Shown: positions 25,788 through 39,734 of the stretch, piece after piece | Numbering within the stretch: position 1 is the stretch's first letter | Layout: every line of letters starts with the position of its first letter | Source: Selaginella moellendorffii | Lineage: Eukaryota; Plantae; Lycopodiophyta | Assembly: GCF_000143415.4 (NCBI RefSeq) | Contig: NW_003314350.1 | Location: 1-64,000, forward strand | Length of the DNA: 64,000 nucleotides | Reading direction: 5' to 3' | The notes under the pieces: model-generated | Told to the model about the DNA's origin: nothing | Databases searched by the model: none | Seen by the model: only the letters and a program-made list of their open reading frames with translations | Made by a program: the position numbers and the translations under genes

Positions 25788-26250
25788 ATGGCATTAGCCA
25801 TGATAATGTTTATGCTATGCCTCCTAGGATTTTCTTTGTTCTCTACACTAGCATCTCCCTCTAACATTATAAAGTCTGTGTTTAGGAAGTTCTTACCATC
25901 CAACTTTGCAAATCCTTTCTAAACATACATTGATTTCATTGTGGCAACAAAATACTATCCCACGTTTGGAAGCTTGGGGAGTCTTGATGTTCAAAAGAGG
26001 GAATTGGCTGCCTACTTTGCAAGTGTGAAGCAGGAAACTGGAAGTAAACTCACATAGCATTTATCCATTAATCTCAAACTACGGAAGAGGAATTTTGCAG
26101 CTCACCTGGTAAGTTGGAAATGTTATATTCAAAATTTAAAGAGTATATATATATATATAGGAATTACAATTACAATGCTTTTGGAAAGGCTTTCAACATG
26201 AACCTCCTCTAAAATGTAGACCAGGTTGCTCAAAATAATGTCCTTTCATT
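25788..26250 (+). pseudogene. GH19 chitinase pseudogene truncated by a Gypsy element
   Basis: Homologous to exon 1 and part of exon 3, with the same exon-2 deletion as the copies at 9582 and 54578. Confidence 0.85.
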
Positions 26251-29200
26251 TTATAGAGGGTTCCAAAAGTATAGTAAGGATAATGAGGTCTAAGAACTAG
26301 TTTTGAAGAAACTCTTTAGTGGTGCTTTCACACCAACTTGAGGTTGAGACTAGGGCTTAAGGGCCTTGGGTGGGAATGAACATGGACTCAGGTGGTTCCA
26401 AAGATGCCACCTAAAGAAGTGCTCAAAAGTAGCTCTGACTCCCGAAAGGAAAATCAATTGTGATGCTCATGATTTATATGGAGTGGTGCCCCACTTGAGT
26501 ACCTTGTGGCTCATTAATCGTCACTCCTTCCTAGGAGTTTGGGCCTTCCCTTTGGGATGGAAGTGGGGGAGTAAAGGTACCCATACTAGGATTTTAAGCC
26601 ATGGTGTTTCCCCTAGGTTCCAAAGTAAGTGATGCATTCAAGGCTTGGGATTTAGAAAATCCCATAATCAAGTCTTGTTGTACCAAAAAATGTTAAGAAC
26701 TTAGAAGCTTGGTGTGCTTACCTGCTTGTGACTGCGGGGAGTGTAGTCAAACCTTAAGTCTAGTTTAACTAGGATGGGGATTAGGAGAGAAATTAAGAAT
26801 CCGTGGATGGATGGCTAACACTCTGTTGCCCGTGTAGTGAGTAGCTGAAACGAAGTAGAACTAAGTATGAACTAATACAATAGACGGGAACCTAGTGAAG
26901 GAACCTAACTAAAGCCAAGGCAGTATTGGTTGAATAGATAAGGTAAATTGACAAATTGAAAAGGAAAAATTTATGGCTTACAATTTGGTATTAAAGCTTT
27001 TTCCTCAATTCTAGCAAAGGATAGAAGCAGATTATTAAAAGATGGCTAAGGCAAGGCATAAAAGAACCAAGGTGGAGTTGGAACCTCCTTCGGAGCTAAA
27101 GCATCTGGTTGAATAAGAAACTATGGATGAGGAATTCTTGCAGAATGAGGACTCTAGTGAGGAAACTTCCAAACAAAAGTCCGGTGATGAGGTTTTGTTG
27201 TCAAGACTCGATTAGACATTCTAGAAGGACAATTGACATAGACCAATGCCCTACTAAAAACCCTTATACACAAGTTAAAGCATAACGAGAAATGGAAGAA
27301 AAGGCAAAAGACTATTGATGCTGATAGTGTAGAAGGCATGGACCTTTTGGCGGGGACTGAGGTGAAACCAAACGAGGTCGAGTAAACCGAAGTGGAATTA
27401 ATCATTCAAATAGTTCTCAAGTACAAACCAAAGCCCCCACCAATTTTCAAGGGAGTGAATGATTATAAGGTGGTGGAGGATTAGTTTTATGATATGGAAG
27501 ATTACTTCCGAGCGTTGCAATTACTAAGCTCGGAAAGGGTTTTATATGCAAAACCATACTTGGCAGATAATCCTAAGTCTTAGTGGAGAACAATAGAGGC
27601 CAACGAAGGACTAGTGGCCACTTGAAAAATGATGAAAGTGAGGATTTGTACAACTTATGTTCCTCCAAATGCTAATTTATATCTAAGGGATGAGCTGAGT
27701 ACACTAAAATAAACAGGAACCATTCAAGAGTATGTGAATGCATTTATAGTGAAGAGGATCCTTTTCATGGATATGGGCGATATAGATGCATTCTATGCCT
27801 TCATATCAAACTTATAGACCTAGGCTCAAGGCGAGGTGATGTGTTGGAACTTGACCAACTACAAAGAAGTATTGGATGTAGCTATTAAATTGCACTTTAA
27901 TTATAACTTGCGAAGGGGAAATATAACGGAGTTAGGGTCCATGTTTAGCAAAGGAGCCAAACCAAGGGGGACATATGGCAAAGAGAAATTTAGAAAGAGT
28001 TTCTTTAAAAATGAGTCCTTAGAGTTTCAAAAAGGTAAATCCGGTGGCTAATGAGTAAGTATGGGGGAGTCAAATGAAAAGGGATAAACCCAATGATAAG
28101 AAAGCCAAGTTTATTAATAGCATGGGAAATAACATATGTTATAATTGTGGTGAAATAGGATATTTTTTGAGAGAATATCCCTACCCAAAGAAGGCTAAAA
28201 TAAATGTGGTTATTGTAAGCGACTAAATTTTCCATTCTACTTTAGTCACTTAACCACACCTCCGACCACTTGGAGGAGTCTCATTCACAACCTCCATAAG
28301 TCCAATCCAGGACTTGGGACTTGCTAGCCCCGAGAATGGCATCCATGCCACTCAACATTTGCACTTGGTCCAAGTGCTCCACGTGTCCGATCCCATGACC
28401 GACACTCAAAGGTACCACCGACATAGCAGCCCGTTACGCTAAGGCCATGCCCAATCACCTTTGCCACACTGGTAGTCCAATACCACTTGCATCACAGTCT
28501 TGGCTCTCCACGACTAGGCAAACCATCCGTGAGTGATCATCTCAGATCCACTCCTTAGCATCCTTAGGATGCCCACCGACAAGGGGAATAGCCTTCCCCA
28601 ATATCCCTCTGTCAGTCCCCATTAAGTCCCTTTCTGCCCCTGGCCGTGTTTGCCAACACTGCCACTGGATCGAGACCCACAGGCCCGACCACTAAGTCCC
28701 ACGGTCCTCTGGGACTTCCTCACCACACGACTGTGTCCTTGGTCACTACCCCAGAGGACTGCTCCTCTTCCTTTCCACAGTCTGGGCCTTTGGGACAACA
28801 TTTCGGAACACCGTGGCCTTACGCGAGCCACCTGGGTACTCTCCTCGCCTTCTGCCCTTGGGTGCTCTAGCCATGGGCTTAGAGCGAGGTTCCGTTGAGC
28901 CACGCCTGGTATCCAAGTAGGTAGTGCCACCCACACTTGGACTGGGAGCATCGGCCAGTCGATCTCCCGGGGGAACTAGAGCCGGCTCTTGAACACTTCA
29001 CCAAGCTACCCCGCTTGTCGGTCCGTGTTCACTCTAGTCTTGGACTTCCCAGTGGTCAGCTCATCACCCAACACTGGGTCTGGCCTTCCTGGACCAAACT
29101 GGCCCTTCCTGGGCCAAACTGGCCCTTCCTGGCCCAACTGGCTCCAACTGGGCTCCAACCCCCACACTCTCCCTACTATACTTTTGGAACCCCCCGCAGC

Positions 29201-29274
29201 CCCCCCCCCCTGGGAGACGCACGCTTTGGGCTTTCACCCCTTGACCCGTATTAGTATTTGGACTTAGTCTCTGG

Positions 29275-29790
29275 CTCGATCTCGGATCCGATTTCGGATC
29301 CGACTTCGGATTCGGCCTCGGACTTGATCTCAGTCCCGGTTCCATCTCGGACTCCATCTCGGGTCCATCTCGGACTCCATCTCGGACTCCATCTCGGACT
29401 CCATCTCGGACTCCATCTCGGGTCCATCTCGGACTCCATCTCGGACTCCATCTCGGACTCCATCTCGGACTCCATCTCGGGTCCATCTCGGACTCCATCT
29501 CGGACTCCATCTCGGACTCCATCTCGGGTCCATCTCGGACTCCATCTCGGATCCATCTCGGACTCCATCTCGGACTCCATCTCGGACTCCATCTCGGGTC
29601 CATCTCGGACTCCATCTCGGACTCCATCTCGGGTCCATCTCGGACTCCGCTTCGGACTCCAACTCGGGTCCATCTCGGACTCCACTTCGGACTCCAACTC
29701 GAGTCCATCTCGGACTCCACTTCGGACTCCAACTCGAGTCCATCTCGGACTCCACTTCGGACTCCAACTCGAGTCCATCTCGGACACTTC
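29275..29790. repeat. 12-bp minisatellite (TCGGACTCCATC)n inside the left LTR
   Basis: About 40 tandem units with variants TCGGGTCCATC and TCGAGTCCATC. Confidence 0.95.
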
Positions 29791-32700
29791 CACGTGTCAT
29801 GTGTTGGTCCTTTTGGGTCCCTTTTTGGAGCCTCGCTTTTTGCTCGCTTTGTGCTCGTTCCTCGAGCACTTCGTTGGGAGTTCCACTCCCGCTCTTGACT
29901 TTTCAAGTCGGAGCTTTTGGTCCAAACGTGTTACGCTCGTTTGGCTCTCGCTTCGGCCACTACCACGTGGCGCCCTTCCGGCTCCACTTTGGGGCCTAGG
30001 GATTTTGTGTCTCACAACTCCACCACCCATAGACGAAGTTCGATGTCCTCATCGAACGGTGAACCATTTTATAAAGTAACACCCGCATGTGTTACCATTT
30101 CCATCCTTGGCGCGTAGCCAATATTTGTCAATGGTGTGACATTGAAGGCTCACCATGCCTTCTCCATATTCGTCAATGGTTGGACATTGAAGGCTCACCA
30201 TGCCTTTTGCATATCCTCTAAGGAGGGTAGTCTCTTCAACTTAGAGACTGATTGGACCACATATAGTGGTTCTCTCCTTTTATTGGTTTAGTTCTCGCTA
30301 AACCTCTTAGAGACCCTTCTCTAAGTCAATCCCACTACTCCTTCTCGAGTAGTCTCAATTTCCATCAATATAACCTTTGCACTTTGGAACTTTGAATTTT
30401 GACTTTTTGGAGTCAATTTCCTAGGTGTCTCCGACACCTTGCCTTGCACCTTTTGTGCAACTCCACTTCCATCCTAGGAAGTTCTTTACTCGAGGGCACC
30501 ATCATCCTCTCTTCTATTTCGTGCCAAAGTTTCAGTTATCATACTTTGTGCTAGGGCTGTTCATGGCCCTATCATTTGGCTACTTTAGCGCTCCCTCCCT
30601 TGGAGCTTCCATTTTCGCCAAATCGGAGCATTTCGGAATCCCTCCTTGGAGACACACTTCCTTTCCCGCAACTTGTTAGCGTCCAACACATTAGTGTTCT
30701 TCGCCTAACTTTGTCACTTGGATTCCTTCCAAGGGATTCCACGGCCCTATCTTGGCCACTCATCTTTTGCTCCTATCCGTTGATTGTTGCACCAAGCAAC
30801 ATCGAATCTCTACCTCCCTTCTTGAGGTATTGTTTCGGTTCCATAGCAAAGACTCTTCTTTGCCAAGTCCGGAGGATGTTCACCCCTAGTACGTCTCTTT
30901 AGCATCTTCTGCTATGGGCTCTATCCACGGCCCAACTTCGTGACCCTCCCATGGGTCTTTTATAGAGACTACTTTCCTCGGACTCACTATGCCATCGCAC
31001 GGACATAGTTTATTTCCCTTAGGTGCTCTTCCCACTTGGTCATCACGACCAAGCCACACCACCTTAAACAATTCAATTTCAACATTTTGAACCAGGAACT
31101 TCATTCCTTAGCCAACCAAGGACCTTGTCCTTATCTGGCCATAAGATCACCTAGTGATCTCACCTTGGCACCTTAACAGAGTTGCCAAGAGGTACTTGGT
31201 CTTCTAGACCTCCAAGTTGTTGACTATAACCCCGGAGGCATCCCCCACACTTGGCGGTGCACCCAAGCCAGCCCTTACGGCCAAGGGTTCATAGCAACTG
31301 AGATTAGGTGTCCCCATCTCACTCACCACGACCTTGGTGCCACTTGCACCAAAGCGTTCAAGTTAGATATGCTGAGCTTTCACACTAAGCAATCTAACCG
31401 TGCATCACGACTCCGAGGCATCCCTCGCTTGGCGGTGTGCCCAAACCAGTCTCCCCACTGAGAGTCCATGACCACCGAAATATGAGTGTCCTCATATTCC
31501 AAACCATCACCACGCCCTAGTGATTTGGGACTCGAACCCAAGCACTAGAGGGTCGGGACTCGAACCCAACCTCCGTATATGCATCTACGGACGGCATCAC
31601 ACAAGATGCCTGGCGTGACTCCCCACGCCGGTGCACCAACTTATTTTTTAAAGCGCGCTACAGATCACAGCTTAGGAACCTAGTTCCTCCACACTGCCAA
31701 GTCCTCTCACTTGACATGTCTGTGATCATGCATGGACTCCTCCATGCTTGGCCCCATGGGCCACCCTTTTTGAAGTTAGCACCTTCAACTAGGGTATTTG
31801 TTCCCCCGACGTGCCAATCTCGTTTGGCAAGTCCTCCGACCACTGTAACATGGTTCCTGCATAAGCGTGGAAATCCTTGACCATCGACTTTCGTTCAAAG
31901 CCCTCTCTTTGAACACTCGGGAACTACTTCCCTAACCTTGATAGCCTTGCCTCATGGCAAGCTTCAAGACCACGCTTCGGCTGCGCCACTCTGATTTCGC
32001 GCGTTCCACGAACCATTTACACTTGGCCTTTTCTAGGTACTACGCTACCTAGAATCGTCTTTGGGAACCTTGAAGGAACTCTGTCCCTCAGCTTGCTAAG
32101 GCCTCCCTTTTTGCAAGCTTTATAGTTGCCATATAGTCTAACATGGACAATTCCATATTTTAGACCCTCCATGGCATCACGGTTGCTAGCGGCAACACCC
32201 TCGAGCCCCCACTTGATTCTCCACTCCCCGCTGGCATAACCAACCTTGGTTATGCCCTTCGATTCCTATGGTTCGGTTCCATCCCCTTCTTGCTTTTGGC
32301 TTCACACCTTTCCTTTGGTCATTCTCCTCCAAACCAGGAGGATAGCTTTGCACTTTCTATCATGCTTTAGCAAGTATTATTAGGGATGAACCTACCCAAT
32401 AGCCTAGGGGGTGGTTCCTCAATCCGGGTATGCTCACCTTATAATCCCACACACTGGGATTACATTGTTGCTTATGGGCCTTTACATGCCCATCACTAGC
32501 CTTGCCAAAATTCCATTTTTGGCTTTGTCCAACTCGGGTAGACAGTCCTCTCCTGTCTCCGCAACCTTGGACATTTGGATAGCACTTTCTATCCATCATT
32601 CGCTAGGGACTTAGTCCCTTGGGCTTTATCCATTGCCCTCGCGACATCAAACACCACCTTCTGGTGTTCTAGAGTGTTCGGGTGTCCCAATGATGGTTTT

Positions 32701-35167
32701 CTTGACAGTGAGTATTTCCTTTTATGACATTGACTTACTATATCGCAACATAAGCAACTTATCCCCCGTAAGGGTATATCCGACTTCCCTATGCTAGAAG
32801 TCTTGGGTAGCTACCTTCTACCCGTTTAACCAGTTATTTTGCACCTCTTGCTTAGTTGCCTCATAGTTGTCAAGTCCTACAACTCATTGCTTGGTGCTTT
32901 CACACCTCCATCATTATCTGGGTCACCACACTCCAACTGCATGCTCTGCAGCTTAGGCTATGCCATTCCCATTCCCACTGGGATTCCTTTGGCAAGGGGT
33001 TCTCATGAACCCACCAACATAGCCTCAAGGTACCACACCTTGGCACATTTGGTGTCTCCACACCATCGGCTCCACGAGCCTACCTCTATGACACTTCCCC
33101 TTCGTGTTTAAGTCTTTGCCAAGACCAACACCGCTCTTTCTCAGGCCAACCATTCGTTAGCACTGCACCATAGAGGTCACACACAACTTTGTGTCAAAGT
33201 TGTTTCCTTCTGGGAACACCTTTCCCATAACTTTTAGCATGGCACATTTTGCCATCGATGAGATACCTACTGTTCTCATACTTGGATCTTATGATCCTCC
33301 CCATATCTCATGGGGCACCATACACCTCAGTCCAAATGCTTCAACCAATCCCTTAGGACCGTTTCTTGACTCCACTTGAGTCATCCAGCATTTTAGACTT
33401 TGCTAATCCAACGACCTGCGAGGTCTTGGTCTTCGAGGTGCCAACTTGCTGGAATACCACTTCTTGTATTCAGGTCCTGCTCACAAGGACCATCTTTGCA
33501 AGTGTTCCTCCGACACTTGTTTTGTTCTCTTGAGCAACCTTTTGCCCCTTAGGACCACTTGTCCATGTGATGAGAATACTAACTCATCCTTTGAGTACAC
33601 CCCAACTCCTTGGGTTGTTCCAGCATTTATTAGAGGTAGCCCCGGCTACCATTTCGAGGACTCGTGTCCTCATCCCTACTTGACCTCTCACGGTCATCCG
33701 TTCCGGTCTCACTTTCATGAGCACCAGCCTCAACCATGTGAGGATAAACTTGTGACTCCTTTATTGTTTTGGAGTCTCTATCTTTCCCGTGATCCCAACT
33801 ATAGTTATTTACCATAACTATATTAGCCAGTTTGCTAAGTCAAACGCTCATCTGGATCACATCCTCAACTCAATGAGGAAAACCTTGCACTGTTCCCAAG
33901 ATCCCAAAGTCGTTCCATTATTGGCCCTTTTCTATCCACCACCTTGTCTACAAGTTCACACATGAACTGTAATGGAGAGCCATGTCTTCCTGACCTGCTA
34001 CTCCTCAAGGATAGGCCCACTCCTCGGACCTTCCAATGCCAACACCAGTGGTGATATACTTGAGCACCAATAAAAGTCGGACTAAGGAACAGCTCCGATA
34101 CCAAATTGTAAACGACTAAATTTTCCATTCTACTTTAGTCACTTAACCACACCTCCGACCACTTGGAGGAGTCTCATTCACAACCTCCATAAGTCCAATC
34201 CAGGACTTGGGACTTGCTAGCCCCGAGAATGGCATCCATGCCACTCAACATTTGCACTTGGTCCAAGTGCTCCACGTGTCCGATCCCATGACCGACACTC
34301 AAAGGTACCACCGACATAGCAGCCCGTTACGCTAAGGCCATGCCCAATCACCTTTGCCACACTGGTAGTCCAATACCACTTGCATCACAGTCTTGGCTCT
34401 CCACGACTAGGCAAACCATCCGTGAGTGATCATCTCAGATCCACTCCTTAGCATCCTTAGGATGCCCACCGACAAGGGGAATAGCCTTCCCCAATATCCC
34501 TCTGTCAGTCCCCATTAAGTCCCTTTCTGCCCCTGGCCGTGTTTGCCAACACTGCCACTGGATCGAGACCCACAGGCCCGACCACTAAGTCCCACGGTCC
34601 TCTGGGACTTCCTCACCACACGACTGTGTCCTTGGTCACTACCCCAGAGGACTGCTCCTCTTCCTTTCCACAGTCTGGGCCTTTGGGACAACATTTCGGA
34701 ACACCGTGGCCTTACGCGAGCCACCTGGGTACTCTCCTCGCCTTCTGCCCTTGGGTGCTCTAGCCATGGGCTTAGAGCGAGGTTCCGTTGAGCCACGCCT
34801 GGTATCCAAGTAGGTAGTGCCACCCACACTTGGACTGGGAGCATCGGCCAGTCGATCTCCCGGGGGAACTAGAGCCGGCTCTTGAACACTTCACCAAGCT
34901 ACCCCGCTTGTCGGTCCGTGTTCACTCTAGTCTTGGACTTCCCAGTGGTCAGCTCATCACCCAACACTGGGTCTGGCCTTCCTGGACCAAACTGGCCCTT
35001 CCTGGGCCAAACTGGCCCTTCCTGGCCCAACTGGCTCCAACTGGGCTCCAACCCCCACACTCTCCCTACTATACCTTTGGAACCCCCCGCAGCCCCCCCC
35101 CCCTGGGAGACGCACGCTTTGGGCTTTCACCCCTTGACCCGTATTAGTATTTGGACTTAGTCTCTGG

Positions 35168-35683
35168 CTCGATCTCGGATCCGATTTCGGATCCGACTTC
35201 GGATTCGGCCTCGGACTTGATCTCAGTCCCGGTTCCATCTCGGACTCCATCTCGGGTCCATCTCGGACTCCATCTCGGACTCCATCTCGGACTCCATCTC
35301 GGACTCCATCTCGGGTCCATCTCGGACTCCATCTCGGACTCCATCTCGGACTCCATCTCGGACTCCATCTCGGGTCCATCTCGGACTCCATCTCGGACTC
35401 CATCTCGGACTCCATCTCGGGTCCATCTCGGACTCCATCTCGGATCCATCTCGGACTCCATCTCGGACTCCATCTCGGACTCCATCTCGGGTCCATCTCG
35501 GACTCCATCTCGGACTCCATCTCGGGTCCATCTCGGACTCCGCTTCGGACTCCAACTCGGGTCCATCTCGGACTCCACTTCGGACTCCAACTCGAGTCCA
35601 TCTCGGACTCCACTTCGGACTCCAACTCGAGTCCATCTCGGACTCCACTTCGGACTCCAACTCGAGTCCATCTCGGACACTTC
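35168..35683. repeat. Same 12-bp minisatellite in the right LTR
   Basis: Same array at offset +5893. Confidence 0.95.
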
Positions 35684-36669
35684 CACGTGTCATGTGTTGG
35701 TCCTTTTGGGTCCCTTTTTGGAGCCTCGCTTTTTGCTCGCTTTGTGCTCGTTCCTCGAGCACTTCGTTGGGAGTTCCACTCCCGCTCTTGACTTTTCAAG
35801 TCGGAGCTTTTGGTCCAAACGTGTTACGCTCGTTTGGCTCTCGCTTCGGCCACTACCACGTGGCGCCCTTCCGGCTCCACTTTGGGGCCTAGGGATTTTG
35901 TGTCTCACAGTTATTAAGTTGGGTGAAATTCAAATTAAGGTATGTGATCTAATCCCTAACTCAAAGTTCTTCACTACATAAGCAACTTTGGTAGAAAGTT
36001 GTTCGCAATAATTACTAGCCCTCTAAGAGAAGCTCGAAGGTAATTTTATTAAGATTCTTATTGACATGGGTGCTTCAAATAATTTTGTGGCTACAAACAT
36101 AATTTGGTAAGCCAGACTAATGGTGTAACAGCTGAGTGAACCAAAGACTATAAAATTTGTTCAAGGTAGCAAAAACATTGATGAAGTATTTCGACAAACA
36201 AGAGTTAAAGTAAAGACAAGTGGGTCTATCCTCGAGGAGTAGCATATCTAGAAAGCACAACTCTCCATTTGACACTTGAGTTCATACATGAGTATGTAGG
36301 TAGAAAGGGGCTAGTGAGAGAACAACTTTAGGATTTTGGGAATAGTAAAAGGTTTTCCCTCAAACAGTTAATGATGTGATCTATATAAACATTTAATTTA
36401 GCAAATTAGCCAATGTAATTGTAGCAAACAATTATAATTGGGATCATAGGAATGATAGAAACTCTTAGACAATAAAGAAGTCATAAAATTATCTTTATAT
36501 GGTTAAGGATGGTGTTAAAAAATTTGAGATTAGAATTAATGACCATATAAAGTCAAATATAGACGAAGATATATATCTTTAAAATGGTAGATAAGGCCAC
36601 TTTTAATAGATTCATTTCTTCTTTTTTCTACAATACTATTATTTCAAAAGTAATAGGAATATTTTTATT

Positions 36670-37320
36670 ACTAGTGATAATGGTCTTTACATTCCCAAAT
36701 GGGTAATAAAGACCAAAAGTGTAATATGAAATTTTAGTAGTAAATTTTTTTAACATTTTCACACTTCTTTATATTATAATTATTCACAAATTTTTGGTCT
36801 TCTATCTTTGCAAAACCCTAAAACATGGATGAATGAATGAGTCTATAAAAATATTTATATTTTTAGACTAATGTGTGGTGGTCAATTGTTGAAATATTAA
36901 AATATTGAAATATCAAAATGTTGAAAGGTTAAATTATTGAGATGTCAAAATATATAATACAAATTTTCAAGTTTGTAGCGAACTTTAATATTCCCATTTT
37001 TATTTGAGCTGAAAATAATTCTCTTTAACTAAAATATTGTGAATGTATATGGGTTTGGACTAACTTTTAATTCTAGAAATTACCTAGTCAGTATTTTATT
37101 GTATAAAAAAAATCTCCATAATAATATCAAAACATATAAATTTCTCCAAACCATTTTCATAAATTTTAAGTTCACGAAGGATAACATTTTTCTGACATAA
37201 AATTTCTTTATAAAACTTATAATTGACTATATTTATTTGCATTGATTTGAATTAAATTAAGCTCAACTTATAAGCTACTATCCCCAATTCCCATATTCGA
37301 CTCAATTTTAGACTATCCCA
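36670..37320. mobile_element. AT-rich putative DNA-transposon terminus, same family as 3120-3628
   Basis: Shared sequence blocks; ends in GACTATCCC. Confidence 0.45.
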
Positions 37321-37514
37321 GAGGGCTCACAAACTACCTTTTAAACACTCCAACAAACAAAATTCACCAAAAAAATAACTCACATCAGCATCTTGGAGTA
37401 ACTCTACAAGCTGCCACATTGTAATGCTGCCTTAAATGAAATAAAACTATCTTTTTAAAACATGGAGATCCACTTAAAAAACTTTTCTTTAGCTAGTAGC
37501 TGATCTAGGATCCA

Positions 37515-38455
37515 TCAAGCTCGAAGAACTTCGAGGTCGAATATTGGATGTAAATTGCTGAAAGGCACATTGAGCTCATAAACTGCCATCACCTTGGCTT
37601 CCAAGCTGCCATCATTGGGAACTTGGATCACTTTCACGACCTTGCAATCCTCCTTGACTGCCCAGATGTTCTTCTGGCAGCTCACACCATGGAACACAGA
37701 CTTGCTATTGCTGGAAGAAGTGTTCGTCAGCTGGAGTGCCTCCCACGAGTTGTTGCCACTGTCATATCTCTGCAACGTGTTGGCATCGTAGATCCGGTTG
37801 CCATGCACAATACAGCGGCACCTGCACAATCTAGTCATGTCCACCACTTCCCAGGAATGATCTTGTGCTGAGAAAACAAGCGTCTCTCCATTACCAGCGC
37901 GCAAGATAACCATCTTGTTACCATCCACGACAAGAGCGTTGGGAAAGGCCATGGTCCCATGCGGTGGCAATGGCAGGAGGGGATACCATCGGTCCTCCAG
38001 CGGATTGTATGTCTCAGCGTCCTGTTCCTGCCGCTCACGGTTGCCACCAACGACGTAGAGCTGACCCTCCATAGCCGCGGACGCAAAGAAGAATCGGAGG
38101 ACACAGCATTGGCGCTGCGGCGCTCCATCGATTCGTGTGTGACGCTCAGTGATTTCCCCTGGCCTAATCCGAGAAGATAGAGCTTGCTGCCGAGGGCCCT
38201 GCAATCGAATCCGTAGAAGCCCTGCGGTGGAGGAGGAAGAACCATCCACGCTATCTTGGAGCTATTGGGATTGAACGCCATGATCAAAAGCTCTTCCTTT
38301 TGCCTGAGGATCACCGTGGCAACAAGCCATTCCTCGTCCAACCCCTGTGCAGAGCGATCATTGTAGAACTTGGCACTGGAGACGAGATCCCGAGATGAGA
38401 GGAGGCACTGGCAAGCGGCATCGTTGTCCAGGCCGGGTATGATTGTCGTCGCCAT
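37515..38455 (-). pseudogene. F-box/kelch-repeat protein with a truncated F-box and a frameshift near 38120
   Basis: IIPGLDNDAACQCLL F-box start. Kelch motif RFFFASAAMEGQLYVVGG...ETYNPLEDRW is in a second frame. Confidence 0.85.
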
Positions 38456-38504
38456 AGGCCGGCTCTATTTGCCCTAACTCTTTATACGCAGAGTAGGGAC
38501 CTGC

Positions 38505-38885
38505 TAAAAATGGTGAGCACATATGCCCCGGTTGGGCATCTTGACGAGGCAACGTTTCTTTTTCCTTGGCGCAATGAGGTCGCTGGCTGGGCGAGACATG
38601 CATCACGACAGCCAAGTCTTCTTTAGGATGCCCGAGTGCGATGACGGTTTAGTCTCTACGTCCAACGCCGCGATCTACCAGTATGCAATGCTTGAGACAT
38701 GTTCTTTAACATGCATGGAATCCCTCGAGATTCCTTGGAACGCAATCCTTGCTTTAAGGTGATGGTGGCGATGTTTAGCGCTACAAGTGCGAGTGAGTGA
38801 TTCTATCTCAAGCATTGTCTTGTGGACGTTCTCACCAAGTCTGGAGGGCTGGAGGAGGCCGAGGAGCTCATGCATAGCATGCTAG
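38505..38885 (+). pseudogene. PPR fragment
   Basis: TYAPVGHLDEA and CLVDVLTKSGGLEEAEELMHSM motifs. Confidence 0.6.
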
Positions 38886-38889
38886 GTCC

Positions 38890-39605
38890 AGCTCCCTGGC
38901 ATCCGAGAGAATAAGAAATCAGGCCACCTGTTGCTCGGACAAGCAATCTCCCGGACCCTTGGCTTCGACTAGCTTTGCCCCTTTCTCCTTCCACATCATC
39001 CAGTTACTGTGGTCTTCTGTGAATCACCACAATCTTGTAATTGTTTGGAGGTCTTCATTCTCCCAGTTAACCCTCCCATAGTGCTTCCACGACGAGTTGC
39101 CTATCGCATATGGCTTGAAGACGAGATTCAATAAGTGAGCTTCAGACTGGATAGAAAGAAATCCAGTCCAATGGTGCAGTCTCTGCGAAATAACACAAAA
39201 CAAGTTTTTTCCAACACAAAGCGCCTCTTGCAAAGCGCAAACAAGAAGAGCAGAAGAAGCCCACAAGAACCTGAAAACAAGAACCTCAAGTTTGTCTGGA
39301 AGACATCTGGAACGAGTGTATGATGGACATTGTTCGTCTTTTCTTCCCACTTTGCAGGCAAGTATCTGGACAAGACAAACCATGGATCAACCTACTTGAA
39401 TCAAAACAGACCAAGATGGCAACCGACAAGAAGTTCATTTACGCGTTTACTTCACACACACACAGGGAAGTCACAACAAGCTAAGCTGTTGGACATCACA
39501 CACAGCACTGCAAAAAAACGATTACAAGCTCGATTACTCACCTGAGCTGGCGGAGCGTCCTCACTACGTTGCCGCTTCCCTACAACCCGGATCAAGCTCT
39601 CGCGT
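38890..39605 (-). pseudogene. FAN1: Old internally deleted FAN1 copy, lacking the Copia insertion
   Basis: RESLIRVVGKRQR N-terminus and a VRR-NUC remnant. Single GAGCA at 39248-39252 (empty Copia site). Confidence 0.8.
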
Positions 39606-39734
39606 GGATGTAATGCCGCCTTAGCGGACCGGCCGCTTCCTCCTCGCCCTCCCAATAGACCTCAACCGTACGCACACAGAAAAAAACCATTTCATAGAAC
39701 TTTTCATCTGCAAACACGACATCCTTGTAGATAA

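Larger units (their letters stand above)
28214..35909 (-). mobile_element. Young non-autonomous LTR retroelement (LARD-like), 7696 bp, 1803-bp LTRs, TSD GTTAT
   Basis: LTRs at 28214-30016 and 34107-35909, near identical. PBS TGGTATCGGAGC, PPT GGGTGGTGGAGT. GTTAT at 28209-28213 and 35910-35914. No long internal ORF. Confidence 0.95.
26255..36300 (+). mobile_element. Older Gypsy element (LTR end ~26982, PBS, gag, protease) interrupted by a nested LTR element
   Basis: ...GGCTTACA followed by PBS-like TGGTATTAAAGC. Gag PPIFKG...FYDMEDYF, CYNCG knuckle relic, and protease LIDMGASNNFV after 35915. Confidence 0.8.

Noticed and set aside
28622-30079. Long overlapping ORFs (180-280 aa; WSPR, MESE, RDGV repeats) and their copies at 34515-35981
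   Set aside because: These are stop-free translations of the 12-bp LTR minisatellite in multiple frames, with no domain signal.
31520-31575. tRNA-like GGGACTCGAACCC motifs (also ~8395-8435 and ~5912)
   Set aside because: B-box-like fragments inside retroelements, with no cloverleaf.
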